From Hydrogenophaga intermedia (lineage in GTDB: Bacteria; Pseudomonadota; Gammaproteobacteria; Ga0077536), in contig CALRPY020000002.1 of assembly GCA_943370145.1 (NCBI GenBank), positions 89,766 through 153,765 on the forward strand: a DNA stretch of 64,000 bases, in the 5' to 3' direction. Of the stretch, positions 46,336 to 56,298 are shown piece after piece; within the stretch, counting starts at the first letter, position 1, and every line of letters begins with the position of its first letter. A program made the position numbers and the translations under genes. The notes under the pieces were generated by a model. It did no database searches and had not been told where the DNA came from. It saw nothing but the letters and a program-made list of their open reading frames with translations.

Positions 46336-48099
46336 TCAGCGCGGCAGCGCGGCGAGGTCTCCGATGGTGCGGGCCCACGGTTTCACCTCTTTCAGCAGCG
46401 CCGGTGACAGCCGGGTTGCCGCGGCCAGCGCCGCCTGTCGGTTCGGGTAGTAGCCATGTACCAGCACATACCATGCCTGACCTTCCCGCCGGGTCGTCAG
46501 GATGGCGGCCTTCCCGCCGAGGCCGTGGCGCTGGATGAAGCGCTGGGCGGCGGCGCGGTCACGCACGCCCGCGAGCTGCAGCGTGTAGCTGCCGCGCGGC
46601 TGCTTGAGCAGCCACTCGGCGGAGGCGATGCCGCCGCCGGCCGGTTCGGGCGCGGGCTCGACGGTCTTCGGCACCGGCGACGGCTGTGGTGGCGGCCGCT
46701 TTTCGACCTTCGGCGCGGGCGGCACTGCGGGGGCGGGCGCCGCAGGCGTGGGCGGGGGAGGCGCTGGTTTGACGGCCGGTTCGCTCGGCTCCGGCTCCGC
46801 AGCCGGGGGCAGCGCGGGGTCCGCCACAGGCCCTGACTCGGGTTTCGCTCCGTCATCCAACGAGGGGGAGGGTTCGTCGGGCACCTCGAGCTCGATGACC
46901 TCGTAGTCGCCGCCACCGACGGGTGTCGTTGGGGGCTCTGACGCAGGTCGCTCCACCGCAGCCGGCGGCTCACTGGCCGTGATGGTCGCGACCGTCGGGG
47001 CGTCTACGGGTGCGGCTTCCCCGGTCGGCAGTTCAATCGTGACGGCGGCGGGGGCCGGCGGAGCCTCGTCCCCGGCGTCGCGCAGCAGCAACCAGGCGCC
47101 GACGGCCACTATCGGTGGCAGCAGGAACAGTGGCAGCAGGCGCGGGTCACCCAGACGCGGCCGCCGCAGCTGCCCGGCATTCAGGCGCGGCAGACGCAAT
47201 GCCTCGAGGCGGGGCAGACGCGGCAGACGCAATGCCTCGAGGCGGGGCAGACGCGGCAGACTGGGCAGGCGGGGCAGGCGGGGCAGACCGGGAAGTGATG
47301 GGAAACGGGGAATTCCTTGCCGGCCGGGGCTGCCGCGACGGGCGCCGCGTGGCGCCGCCTCGCGACCGGCCAGCTGTTGGCGGGCCAGTGCGACGATGCG
47401 GGCCGGGTTGCCGCCCGCAGCGCTGGCGATCGCGGCGACATCCGCGGCGCTGAAGCGCTCGCCCAGCGCGACACCGGCACTGGTCAGGCGCTGCGCAAGG
47501 AAATCGCCGACATGATTGTCCGATACCGGCGGGATCTCGACGACGTGCACGAGGCCGTGCTGCGGCCGGTCCCGCTGCAGGTTGGCCAGCAGGCCGGCGT
47601 GGTCCAGATCGGCAGCCATCAGGACCCTCGCTTCCGCAGTCTGGTCCTCGGTGCGCGCAAGCGCGACCAGCGCGGCGACTGCGTCCGGCGGCAGCTGGTC
47701 CGCGTCATCGACGAGCAGCACCACGAGCTTGCCGGCGCGTTCCAGCATGTTCAGGCGCAGACGCAGCATGGTCTGCGCCATGCGGGGCTCGCTGTCCGCG
47801 GACAGGTCCACGTCCAGCGCATCGGCGACCTGGGACAGCAGGGCCCGGCCGCTCAGCGCAGGCCCACCCTGGACCTGCACGCAGGCCCAGCGCTCGCCCG
47901 CCGCCACGCCGATCGCGTGCAGCAGCGTCGTCTTGCCGCTGCCCGCCGGGCCCGAGAGCACGATCAGCTGGCGGCCGAACTCGAGCAGATGCTCGATGAG
48001 GTCGATCCGTTGCTGCAGGGTGTGACTGACGTACAGCCCCCCTTCGCCGAGGCTCGAGCCGAACGGGTCGGTGCCGGGCTTGGCGCGGGGGTCGGTCAT
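46336..48099 (-). CDS. DamX-like protein: ExeA-type AAA ATPase domain, Pro-rich linker, one TM, C-terminal SPOR domain
   Basis: LSGPAGSGKTTLL..VLLVDDADQL..; C-terminal ..YTLQLAGVRDRAAAQRFIQRHGL..WYVLVHGYYPNRQAALAA. Position downstream of aroKB (dgt intervening) and upstream of gltB, similar to pseudomonads. Confidence 0.8.
   Translation of the reverse strand: MTDPRAKPGTDPFGSSLGEGGLYVSHTLQQRIDLIEHLLEFGRQLIVLSGPAGSGKTTLLHAIGVAAGERWACVQVQGGPALSGRALLSQVADALDVDLSADSEPRMAQTMLRLRLNMLERAGKLVVLLVDDADQLPPDAVAALVALARTEDQTAEARVLMAADLDHAGLLANLQRDRPQHGLVHVVEIPPVSDNHVGDFLAQRLTSAGVALGERFSAADVAAIASAAGGNPARIVALARQQLAGREAAPRGARRGSPGRQGIPRFPSLPGLPRLPRLPSLPRLPRLEALRLPRLPRLEALRLPRLNAGQLRRPRLGDPRLLPLFLLPPIVAVGAWLLLRDAGDEAPPAPAAVTIELPTGEAAPVDAPTVATITASEPPAAVERPASEPPTTPVGGGDYEVIELEVPDEPSPSLDDGAKPESGPVADPALPPAAEPEPSEPAVKPAPPPPTPAAPAPAVPPAPKVEKRPPPQPSPVPKTVEPAPEPAGGGIASAEWLLKQPRGSYTLQLAGVRDRAAAQRFIQRHGLGGKAAILTTRREGQAWYVLVHGYYPNRQAALAAATRLSPALLKEVKPWARTIGDLAALPR
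47187..47261. repeat. 33-bp tandem repeat (2 perfect copies + partial third) inside the DamX-like gene, followed by degenerate 9-bp repeats to about 47290
   Basis: gcggcagacgcaatgcctcgaggcggggcagac occurs at 47187-47219 and 47220-47252. It encodes LPRLPRLEALR repeats. Confidence 0.9.
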
Positions 48100-48111
48100 C
48101 GGCAGCGGGTG

Positions 48112-49248
48112 TCAGGCCGCATCGCGGCCGGGCTGGATACGTGCGTGTTCGGCGATGGCATACCGGTCCGTCATGCCGGCGATGTAGTCGGCAATCTGCT
48201 GCGCGCGGGCCATGGCGTCGTTCGCGAGGGGCGCCAACTGCGCGGGCCAGGTGTCTGGCCGCCGCATGAAGGCGTCGAACAGTTCGGTGACGATGTGCTG
48301 TGAGCGCTGCGCCATCTCGTAGACCTGCGCGTGTTCGTAGAGCTCGATCCTGAGAACCCGCTTCAGAGCGAGGTGTTGCTCGCGCATCGCCGGGCTGAAT
48401 TCGACCAGCGGCCTCGACAGCGCACGCACGGCCTCGATGTCGGCCGGCGCCGCCTCGCGCAGGCGCTGGGTGCTGGTTTCGATCAGGTCGAGGACGAAGC
48501 GGTTGAGCATCTCACGGATGACGGTATAGCGCAGTCGCTTGGCGTCCAGGTCGGGCCAGCGCTGCCGCGTCTCGCGTTCGACCTCGCGGAACAGCGCGAC
48601 TTCGCGCAGTTTCTCCAGCGGAATCAGCGAGGCGCGCAGGCCATCGTCGATATCGTGGTGATTGTATGCAATTTCGTCGGCGACGTTCGCGAGTTGCGCT
48701 TCGAGCGACGGCTGACGACGCTCCAGGAAGCGCCGGCCCAGCTCGCCGAGCCCCTGCGCGTGGTCGCGGCTGCAGTGCTTGAGGATGCCCTCGCGTGTTT
48801 CGTAGAGCAGGTTCAGGCCCGGGAAACCGGGGTAGCGCTGCTCCAGCAGGTCGACGACGCGCAGCGAGTGCAGGTTGTGTTCGAATCCGCCGTAAGCGCG
48901 CATGCACGCGTTCAGCGCGTGCTGCCCGGCGTGTCCGAACGGCGTGTGGCCCAGGTCGTGCGCCAGCGTGATTGCCTCGGTGAGGTCTTCGTTGAGGTGC
49001 AGGGCGCGGGCGACGCTGCGTGCGATCTGGGCGACTTCGAGGCTGTGCGTGAGCCGGGTGCGAAACATGTCCCCCTCGTGGTTCACGAAGACCTGGGTCT
49101 TGTACTCCAGGCGACGAAACGCCGACGAGTGGATGATCCTGTCACGGTCGCGCTGGAACTGGCTGCGCCAGCGGGGCGGCGGCTCCTCGTGGGTACGCCC
49201 GCGGGAGTTGGCGGTGGAAACTGCGTAGGGCGCAAGTTCTGGGTTCAC
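48112..49248 (-). CDS. dgt: dGTPase-like HD-domain triphosphohydrolase
   Basis: ..FQRDRDRIIHSSAFRRLEYKTQVF..RTRLTHSLEVAQIAR..LAHDLGHTPFGHAG.. Start is GTG 49248 (VNPELAPY), downstream of the aroB stop. Confidence 0.85.
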   Translation of the reverse strand: MNPELAPYAVSTANSRGRTHEEPPPRWRSQFQRDRDRIIHSSAFRRLEYKTQVFVNHEGDMFRTRLTHSLEVAQIARSVARALHLNEDLTEAITLAHDLGHTPFGHAGQHALNACMRAYGGFEHNLHSLRVVDLLEQRYPGFPGLNLLYETREGILKHCSRDHAQGLGELGRRFLERRQPSLEAQLANVADEIAYNHHDIDDGLRASLIPLEKLREVALFREVERETRQRWPDLDAKRLRYTVIREMLNRFVLDLIETSTQRLREAAPADIEAVRALSRPLVEFSPAMREQHLALKRVLRIELYEHAQVYEMAQRSQHIVTELFDAFMRRPDTWPAQLAPLANDAMARAQQIADYIAGMTDRYAIAEHARIQPGRDAA

Positions 49249-49300
49249 GGTGCTCGGCCGGGGTGGCGCGGGCGGGTCGGGCCGCCGGCGTCGCCGGTGC

Positions 49301-50395
49301 TCATGCGGCGCGCGGTGGCGCCGCGCCGCTGTCGAGTACCTCGAGCAGCGCATGCTGGTCATAATCCTGGCGCACCGACGCGTGCCCGACGGCATCGAGC
49401 AGCACGAGGCGGATCCGGCCATCCTGGTTCTTCTTGTCCACCCGCATCGCGTCCAGCAGTTCCTCGACGCTCGGGCCCGACGGTGGCGCGGTGGGCAGGC
49501 CGGCCCGCGCGATGAGTGCGATGATGCGGTCACGGGTGGTGGGGGCAATCATGCCGACCCGGGTCGACATGCGCGCCGCCATGCACATGCCGGCCGCGAC
49601 CGCCTCGCCGTGCAGCCAGGCGCCGTAGCCGAGTGCGTGCTCGATGGCGTGGCCGAAGGTGTGCCCGAGGTTCAGCAGGGCCCGCTCGCCACTCTCGTGC
49701 TCGTCGGCAGCGACCACGTCGGCCTTGTTCTCGCAGGACCGCTTGATCGCATGGGTGACGGCCGCGGTATCCCGCGCCATCAGCGCATCGAGGTTGAGTT
49801 CCAGCCAGTCGAAGAATTCGCGGTCGCGAATCAGGCCGTACTTGATGATTTCGGCGACGCCCGCGCGGAATTCGCGCGCCTCGAGCGTCGACAGCGTGTC
49901 CAGGTCCGCGAGCACCGCGACCGGCTGGTGGAAGGCGCCGATCATGTTCTTGCCCAGCGGATGGTTGACCGCCGTCTTGCCGCCGACCGCCGAGTCGACC
50001 TGGGCGAGGAGGGTGGTCGGGACCTGCACGAAGCGCACGCCGCGCTGGTAGCAGGCGGCCGCGAAGCCTGCGATGTCCCCGACGACGCCGCCGCCCAGGG
50101 CCACGATCGTGCATCCGCGCTCGAAGCGGTGCTCGAGCAGGGCCGTCATGATCAGGCCGAAGCTGTCGAGGGTCTTGTGCTGCTCGCCGTCCGGCAGCAC
50201 CACAGAGGCCAGTTGCCGGTCCTGCAGACCGTTGGTCAGCCGCTCGAGGTAGAGGGGGCCGACGCGGTCGTTGGTGACAATCATCACCTGGCGCGACTTG
50301 ATGGCGCGCGCGAGCAGGGCGGCATCGCCCAGCAGTCCACCGCCGATGAAAATCGGGTAGCTGCGTTCGGCAAGTTCGACGTCGACGCGGATCAC
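49301..50395 (-). CDS. aroB: 3-dehydroquinate synthase
   Basis: ..[52 protein letters not shown].. Confidence 0.95.
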   Translation of the reverse strand: MIRVDVELAERSYPIFIGGGLLGDAALLARAIKSRQVMIVTNDRVGPLYLERLTNGLQDRQLASVVLPDGEQHKTLDSFGLIMTALLEHRFERGCTIVALGGGVVGDIAGFAAACYQRGVRFVQVPTTLLAQVDSAVGGKTAVNHPLGKNMIGAFHQPVAVLADLDTLSTLEAREFRAGVAEIIKYGLIRDREFFDWLELNLDALMARDTAAVTHAIKRSCENKADVVAADEHESGERALLNLGHTFGHAIEHALGYGAWLHGEAVAAGMCMAARMSTRVGMIAPTTRDRIIALIARAGLPTAPPSGPSVEELLDAMRVDKKNQDGRIRLVLLDAVGHASVRQDYDQHALLEVLDSGAAPPRAA

Positions 50396-50907
50396 GGCAA
50401 TGCGGCCCGAATGCTGTGTACAACGGCGGTCAATGTAAGCGCCCCGGTATCGACGATCAAATCGGCCACCTCGCGGTAGAGCGGTTCACGTGCCTTCAGA
50501 ATCTCCTGCATCCTCTTCACCCGGTCGCCGGCCTGCAGCAGCGGCCGATTGGTGTCGCCACGCGTTCTCGCCAGCAGGTGCTCCAGCGGCGCATGGAGGT
50601 AGACCACGAAGCCGCGCTCCTGCAGCACGGCGCGGTTCTCGGGATCGAGGACAGCGCCGCCACCGGTAGCTACGACGACGCCGTCCTCCCGGGTCACGTC
50701 GTCGACGACGCGCTTTTCCCGCGCCCGGAAGCCGGCTTCGCCCTCGATGTCGAAAATCAGCGGGATGGTTGCGCCGGTGCGCAATTCGATTTCATGGTCG
50801 CAGTCGACGAAGCGCAGGCGCAGCGCGCGGGCGAGTTTCTTGCCGATCGTCGTTTTGCCGGCACCCATCGGGCCCACCAGGAAAATGCGCGTGGCCGACT
50901 TGCTCAA
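50392..50907 (-). CDS. aroK: shikimate kinase
   Basis: [19 protein letters not shown]...F.D.D..IE. Confidence 0.95.
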   Translation of the reverse strand: MSKSATRIFLVGPMGAGKTTIGKKLARALRLRFVDCDHEIELRTGATIPLIFDIEGEAGFRAREKRVVDDVTREDGVVVATGGGAVLDPENRAVLQERGFVVYLHAPLEHLLARTRGDTNRPLLQAGDRVKRMQEILKAREPLYREVADLIVDTGALTLTAVVHSIRAALP

Positions 50908-51017
50908 AGTACGTACCCGTCCGACTGGTTGATCGCGGAATTGTTGCAGTTAAGTGCCGGACGCGCAAAAAGAACGCGGGACCGAAGTCCCGCGCGCGAT
51001 GCCCCGATCCGCGGCGC

Positions 51018-53228
51018 TCAGCGCTGCGAAACGGACAGGCCTTCCTTGAGGATTTTCGGCGTCACGAAAATCAGCAGTTCCTGCTTCGAACTGCTCGTGC
51101 CCGTGCGCTTGAACAGGTTTCCGAGGTAGGGAATATCGCCGAAGAAGGGCACGAGGTCCTTGTCCGAGCGATTCTCCGACTCGAAGATGCCGCCGAGCAC
51201 GACGGTCTCGCCGTTCTCCACCAGCACCTGCGTGTTCACCTCGTTGGTGTCGATGCTCGGCACGCCGGCGAACACCTGGCCCACCGAGTCGCGATTGACG
51301 GTCAGGTCCATGATGACCCGATCGTCCGGCGTGATATGCGGCGTGACCTTCAGGCTCAGCACGGCCTTCTTGAACGACACGTTGGTGGCGCCGCTCGACG
51401 TCGCTTCCTGGTACGGGATTTCCGTACCGGACTCGATCGTGGCCTCCTTCTGGTTCGCGGTGATCACCTGCGGGCTCGCGATGACCTCGCCGCGACCTTC
51501 GACCTGCAGGGCCGACAGCTCGAGTTGCAGCAGGTAACTGCCAATCTTGCCGATCGACCAGCGGAAGGCCGCCGCCGGGCTCGTGACGGGCAGGTTCACG
51601 ATGTAATTCTCCTCGCCCTGCGGCGTGACGAAGCCGGTGCCGCCGCCGTAGTCGACGTCGCCCTCGATGCTGCCGCCGATGATGCTGACGAGGTCCGACT
51701 GGGTGCCGCCGCCCTCGTTCAGCTGCAGGTTCTTCGGGTTGTTGATCTGGCTGTAGCCGAAGCGCACGCCGATGTCCTTGCTGAAGTCCTCGTTGGCCAC
51801 CACGATGCGCGACTCGATCAGCACCTGTCGCACCGGAATGTCCAGGGCCTCGACGACCTTGCGCACCTGGGTGATGTTGTCGGCCGTGTCCTGCACCAGG
51901 AGGGTGTTTGTGCGCTGGTCGACCGAGACGTTGCCCCGCTCGGACAGCAGGTTGTTCTCCTTGGCCTTCAGCAACGCGGAGATTTCGCTCGCCTTGGCGT
52001 AGTTCACCTGCACGAACTCGGTGCGCAAGGGCGCGAGTTCCTGCAGTTGCTTCTGGGCCTCGAGCTCGAGCTTCTCGCGGGCGGCGATTTCCTCCTGCGG
52101 CGCGACCATCACGACGTTCCCGTTCTTGCGCATGCCAAGACCCTTGGTCTTGAGGATCAGGTCCATCGCCTGGTCCCAGGGCACGTTTTTGAGGCGCAGC
52201 GTGACGTTGCCGCCGACGGTGTCGCTGGTGACGAGGTTGAACCCGGTGAAGTCGGCGATCAGCTGCAGCACCGCCCGGACCTCGATGTCCTGGAAGTTCA
52301 GCGACAGGCGTTCCCCGGTGTATCCGAACTTCTCCTTCTTGAGCTCTTCCTCCTGCTGCTTGGTCAGCGGCTTCATCTCGAGCGTGAAGATGTTGTCCGA
52401 CTGGTAGGCGAGGTGTTCGTACAGGCCGCTCGAGGTCACCACCATGCGCGTGCCGTTGCCGTGGCGGAAGGTGTCGATCTCCTTCGCCGGGGTCGCGAAA
52501 TCGGTGACGTCGAGCTTGCGGTCCAGGTCGCTGGGCAGCGAGGTGTCGACGAAATCGACGATCAGCTTCCCGCCCTTGTCATCGATGTTGATGCCGACGT
52601 TCGGATTCGACAGGTCGACGACGACCTGGGCCTCGCCGTTGGCGCCGCGGCGGAAGTCGATTGCATTGATGTTCTCGCCGGTGGCCGAGCCGGGCATCGT
52701 GAGCGCGCCAGCCGGGGGCGCCGCGGCTGGCGCCATTGTCGAGCCCGCGATCGGCCGGACAGTGCTCGACGTGATATCGGCCGGCACGCCCTCCAGGATC
52801 ACCTTGACCCAGTTGCCCTCGGTCTGCAGCGAGTAGGGCACGACCTGCACCAGGTTCATGACGACGCGGGTGCGGCCTTCGGCCTCCGCCGCGGAGACGC
52901 TTTCCACCTTGCCGACGCCGATGGTCTGGGTCTTGACCGGCAGGTTCAGCGTGGTGCCCGGGAAGTCGAGCGCGATGCGGGCCGGGTTGTCGATCGTGAA
53001 GCTCAAGGGGTCCGCGGCCAGCGGCTCGGACAGCTGCATCTCGACCTGGACGCGGTCTCCGGGCAGCGAGGTGTACCGGATGTCGTCGAGCGTCGCGGCA
53101 TCGGCGCCGGTCTGCGCAATGGCGAGCGACCCTCCGCACACCAGGCCGACCAGCGTACGTGCGATGGCCCTGCGGGCCGGCAGGTGCGCCGTCAGCCGAT
53201 TCAGCAGTTGATATGTCGCAGCTCTCAT
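51018..53228 (-). CDS. pilQ: type IV pilus secretin
   Basis: 736 aa with AMIN-like repeats, then the secretin core ..VLIESRIV.. and ..VPFFGDIPYLGNLFK.. Follows pilP. Confidence 0.95.
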   Translation of the reverse strand: MRAATYQLLNRLTAHLPARRAIARTLVGLVCGGSLAIAQTGADAATLDDIRYTSLPGDRVQVEMQLSEPLAADPLSFTIDNPARIALDFPGTTLNLPVKTQTIGVGKVESVSAAEAEGRTRVVMNLVQVVPYSLQTEGNWVKVILEGVPADITSSTVRPIAGSTMAPAAAPPAGALTMPGSATGENINAIDFRRGANGEAQVVVDLSNPNVGINIDDKGGKLIVDFVDTSLPSDLDRKLDVTDFATPAKEIDTFRHGNGTRMVVTSSGLYEHLAYQSDNIFTLEMKPLTKQQEEELKKEKFGYTGERLSLNFQDIEVRAVLQLIADFTGFNLVTSDTVGGNVTLRLKNVPWDQAMDLILKTKGLGMRKNGNVVMVAPQEEIAAREKLELEAQKQLQELAPLRTEFVQVNYAKASEISALLKAKENNLLSERGNVSVDQRTNTLLVQDTADNITQVRKVVEALDIPVRQVLIESRIVVANEDFSKDIGVRFGYSQINNPKNLQLNEGGGTQSDLVSIIGGSIEGDVDYGGGTGFVTPQGEENYIVNLPVTSPAAAFRWSIGKIGSYLLQLELSALQVEGRGEVIASPQVITANQKEATIESGTEIPYQEATSSGATNVSFKKAVLSLKVTPHITPDDRVIMDLTVNRDSVGQVFAGVPSIDTNEVNTQVLVENGETVVLGGIFESENRSDKDLVPFFGDIPYLGNLFKRTGTSSSKQELLIFVTPKILKEGLSVSQR

Positions 53229-53255
53229 GTTCGATTACCCCTTGAGTGGGTTGTT

Positions 53256-53828
53256 CTACTCATCTTCCAACAGGGCCAGGGACGCTTGGCGTTCCTCCCA
53301 GCGCCCGTCGGCGTCCTTGACGATCTCGCGCAGGTCGATGCGGTCTTCCTGGATATCGAGGATCTTGCCGAAATTGCGTCCGAGGTAATTACCGACCTGT
53401 ACGCGGTGCACGGTGCCCGCGTTGTCGCGGATGATTGCCCACAGCTCGTTGTCGTCGCGCAGCGTGCCGACCATGCGCAGGCTGTCGAGCTCGAAACCCT
53501 CCAGCTCCTCGCGGTTGTGCGCCATGATTTCGTCGGTGAAAGCCTGCTGGAGGGCATCGGTCGCCGGCGCCACCTCCTCCTGCTGCGCCTCGAGTTCCTT
53601 GAACGGCGTGAACGGATCGCGCAACTGCCGTTCGGCGGACTGGTAGAGGTAGCGCGCGTAAGGCTTGATTGGCGGCAACGGCTCGATCTGGCCGCCCTTG
53701 CGCGAGAGCACCTCCGCCGCGTAGTTCTCGAGGTCGGTCTTGTCGCGATTGACGCAGCCGCCGAGTGCGAGGCCTGCCGAGACGAGCAGGAACAGCGGAA
53801 TCGCCTTGCCGGTGGTCCTTTCGCTCAT
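53256..53828 (-). CDS. pilP: type IV pilus assembly lipoprotein PilP
   Basis: Lipobox LALGGC..; ..DPF.PF..LRMVGTL.. Trimmed from ORF 53256..54557 to the ATG that gives an ATGA overlap with pilO. Confidence 0.88.
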   Translation of the reverse strand: MSERTTGKAIPLFLLVSAGLALGGCVNRDKTDLENYAAEVLSRKGGQIEPLPPIKPYARYLYQSAERQLRDPFTPFKELEAQQEEVAPATDALQQAFTDEIMAHNREELEGFELDSLRMVGTLRDDNELWAIIRDNAGTVHRVQVGNYLGRNFGKILDIQEDRIDLREIVKDADGRWEERQASLALLEDE

Positions 53829-54469
53829 TTCCTTCCGCCCTTCTTTTTGCCCTTGGCCGCGGCGGCCTTCGCTTCTTCCGCGGCTTCCTCTTCCTCGTCC
53901 ATGTAGCGATAGGTCTTGGCCGTCGTCTCGAAGGTCAGCGGACCACCCTTGTCGTTGCTGGTGATCCTGATGTTGTGATTGGTCACGATGCGCGGCAGGT
54001 CCGACACGCCGCTGATGAAGGTGCCGAACGCATGGTAGTCGCCGAGCACGCGGATCTGGATCGGCAGCTCGACGTAGAAGTCCGACGGCTGCTCGGCGCC
54101 TGGCTTGAACAGCTGGAATTCGAGGCCGGCACCCAGGCCCTGCTGCGATATGTCGACCAGCAGCGCCGCCACTTCGGTCTTGTTCGGCAAGCGCTTGAGC
54201 AGGTCGCCGAAGGTTTCCTTGATGTCCTCGAGCTGCTCCTTGAGGGCCTGCAGGTTCGCGGCCTTCCTCTGCTTGGTCTCGAAGGTCTGCTTGAGCGTCG
54301 TTTCCTCGGCCTGCACCGTGCGCAGCTGCTCGCGCAGCGGGTTGATGTCCTGCCAGGTGGCGAGACCGAGGATTGCGGCGCAGACGATCAGCGTGAAGAC
54401 CGCCTTGACGGGCAGCGGCCACGACCCGATGTTCTGGAAATTCAGGTTGTTGAGGTCGGAGAGCTTCAT
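53825..54469 (-). CDS. pilO: type IV pilus assembly protein PilO
   Basis: MKLSDLNNLNFQNIGSWPLPVK.. with one TM and a coiled coil; position between pilN and pilP. Confidence 0.9.
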   Translation of the reverse strand: MKLSDLNNLNFQNIGSWPLPVKAVFTLIVCAAILGLATWQDINPLREQLRTVQAEETTLKQTFETKQRKAANLQALKEQLEDIKETFGDLLKRLPNKTEVAALLVDISQQGLGAGLEFQLFKPGAEQPSDFYVELPIQIRVLGDYHAFGTFISGVSDLPRIVTNHNIRITSNDKGGPLTFETTAKTYRYMDEEEEAAEEAKAAAAKGKKKGGRK

Positions 54470-55040
54470 ATCGCGTCTTCCCCTTCCTCCGTCTCGGTCT
54501 TCGGCGCCGTTTGCGAGACGCGCAGCGTGAAGTTCGCAATGCGGCGGCCGGACTCATCCGAGGACTGGATGATTTCGAGCTTCGGGTCCTTCATCCATTC
54601 CGACTTCTCGATGTTGCGCATGAAGCTCGACACGCGGGCATTCGATTCGGCGACGCCCTTCAGCATGATGACGTCCGCGTTCTGGGCGACCTCCCTCAGG
54701 TACACGCCTTCGGGCAACGCGGTCACCAGTTCATCGAAGATGCGGACGATCGTCGGTCGGCTCGACTGCAGGGTTTCGATGGCCTTCATGCGGGCGATCA
54801 AACGCTGCTTTTCCTTCTCGAGCTCCTGGATTTCCCTGATTTTCTTGTCGAGCGTGGCGATTTCGCCGCGCAGGTAACTGTTGCGCTCGCCCTGGAACTC
54901 GATCCGTTCCTGGAAGTGGTAGTGCACGAGTCCCCAGAGCAGGACGGTGAGGCCGGCGAAGGCGCCGACTATCGCCAGGTATTCGTTGCGCCGTTGCTTG
55001 CGCAGCTCCGCGCGCCACGGCAGTAGGTTGATGCGAGCCA

Positions 55041-55041
<1 letters not shown>
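54466..55041 (-). CDS. pilN: type IV pilus assembly protein PilN
   Basis: MARINLLPWR.. is the canonical PilN N-terminus. Confidence 0.92.

Positions 55042-56298
<1,257 letters not shown>

Noticed and set aside
47150-47300. Short repeats that could be mistaken for a CRISPR-like or minisatellite array
   Set aside because: The repeats are directly tandem with no spacers. They are in frame inside the DamX-like CDS and encode LPRL-type peptide repeats.
50769-53906. 1045-aa plus-strand ORF spanning aroK, pilQ and pilP
   Set aside because: It is antisense to well-supported pilQ/pilP and has no recognisable motifs. It is a GC-bias artefact.
53256-54557. 433-aa ORF suggesting a large PilP fusion, and 390-aa ORF 32139..33311
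   Set aside because: In both cases the N-terminal portion is an out-of-frame read-through of the upstream gene (pilO, hupE). Internal ATGs that create ATGA overlaps give proteins of normal size with signal peptides.
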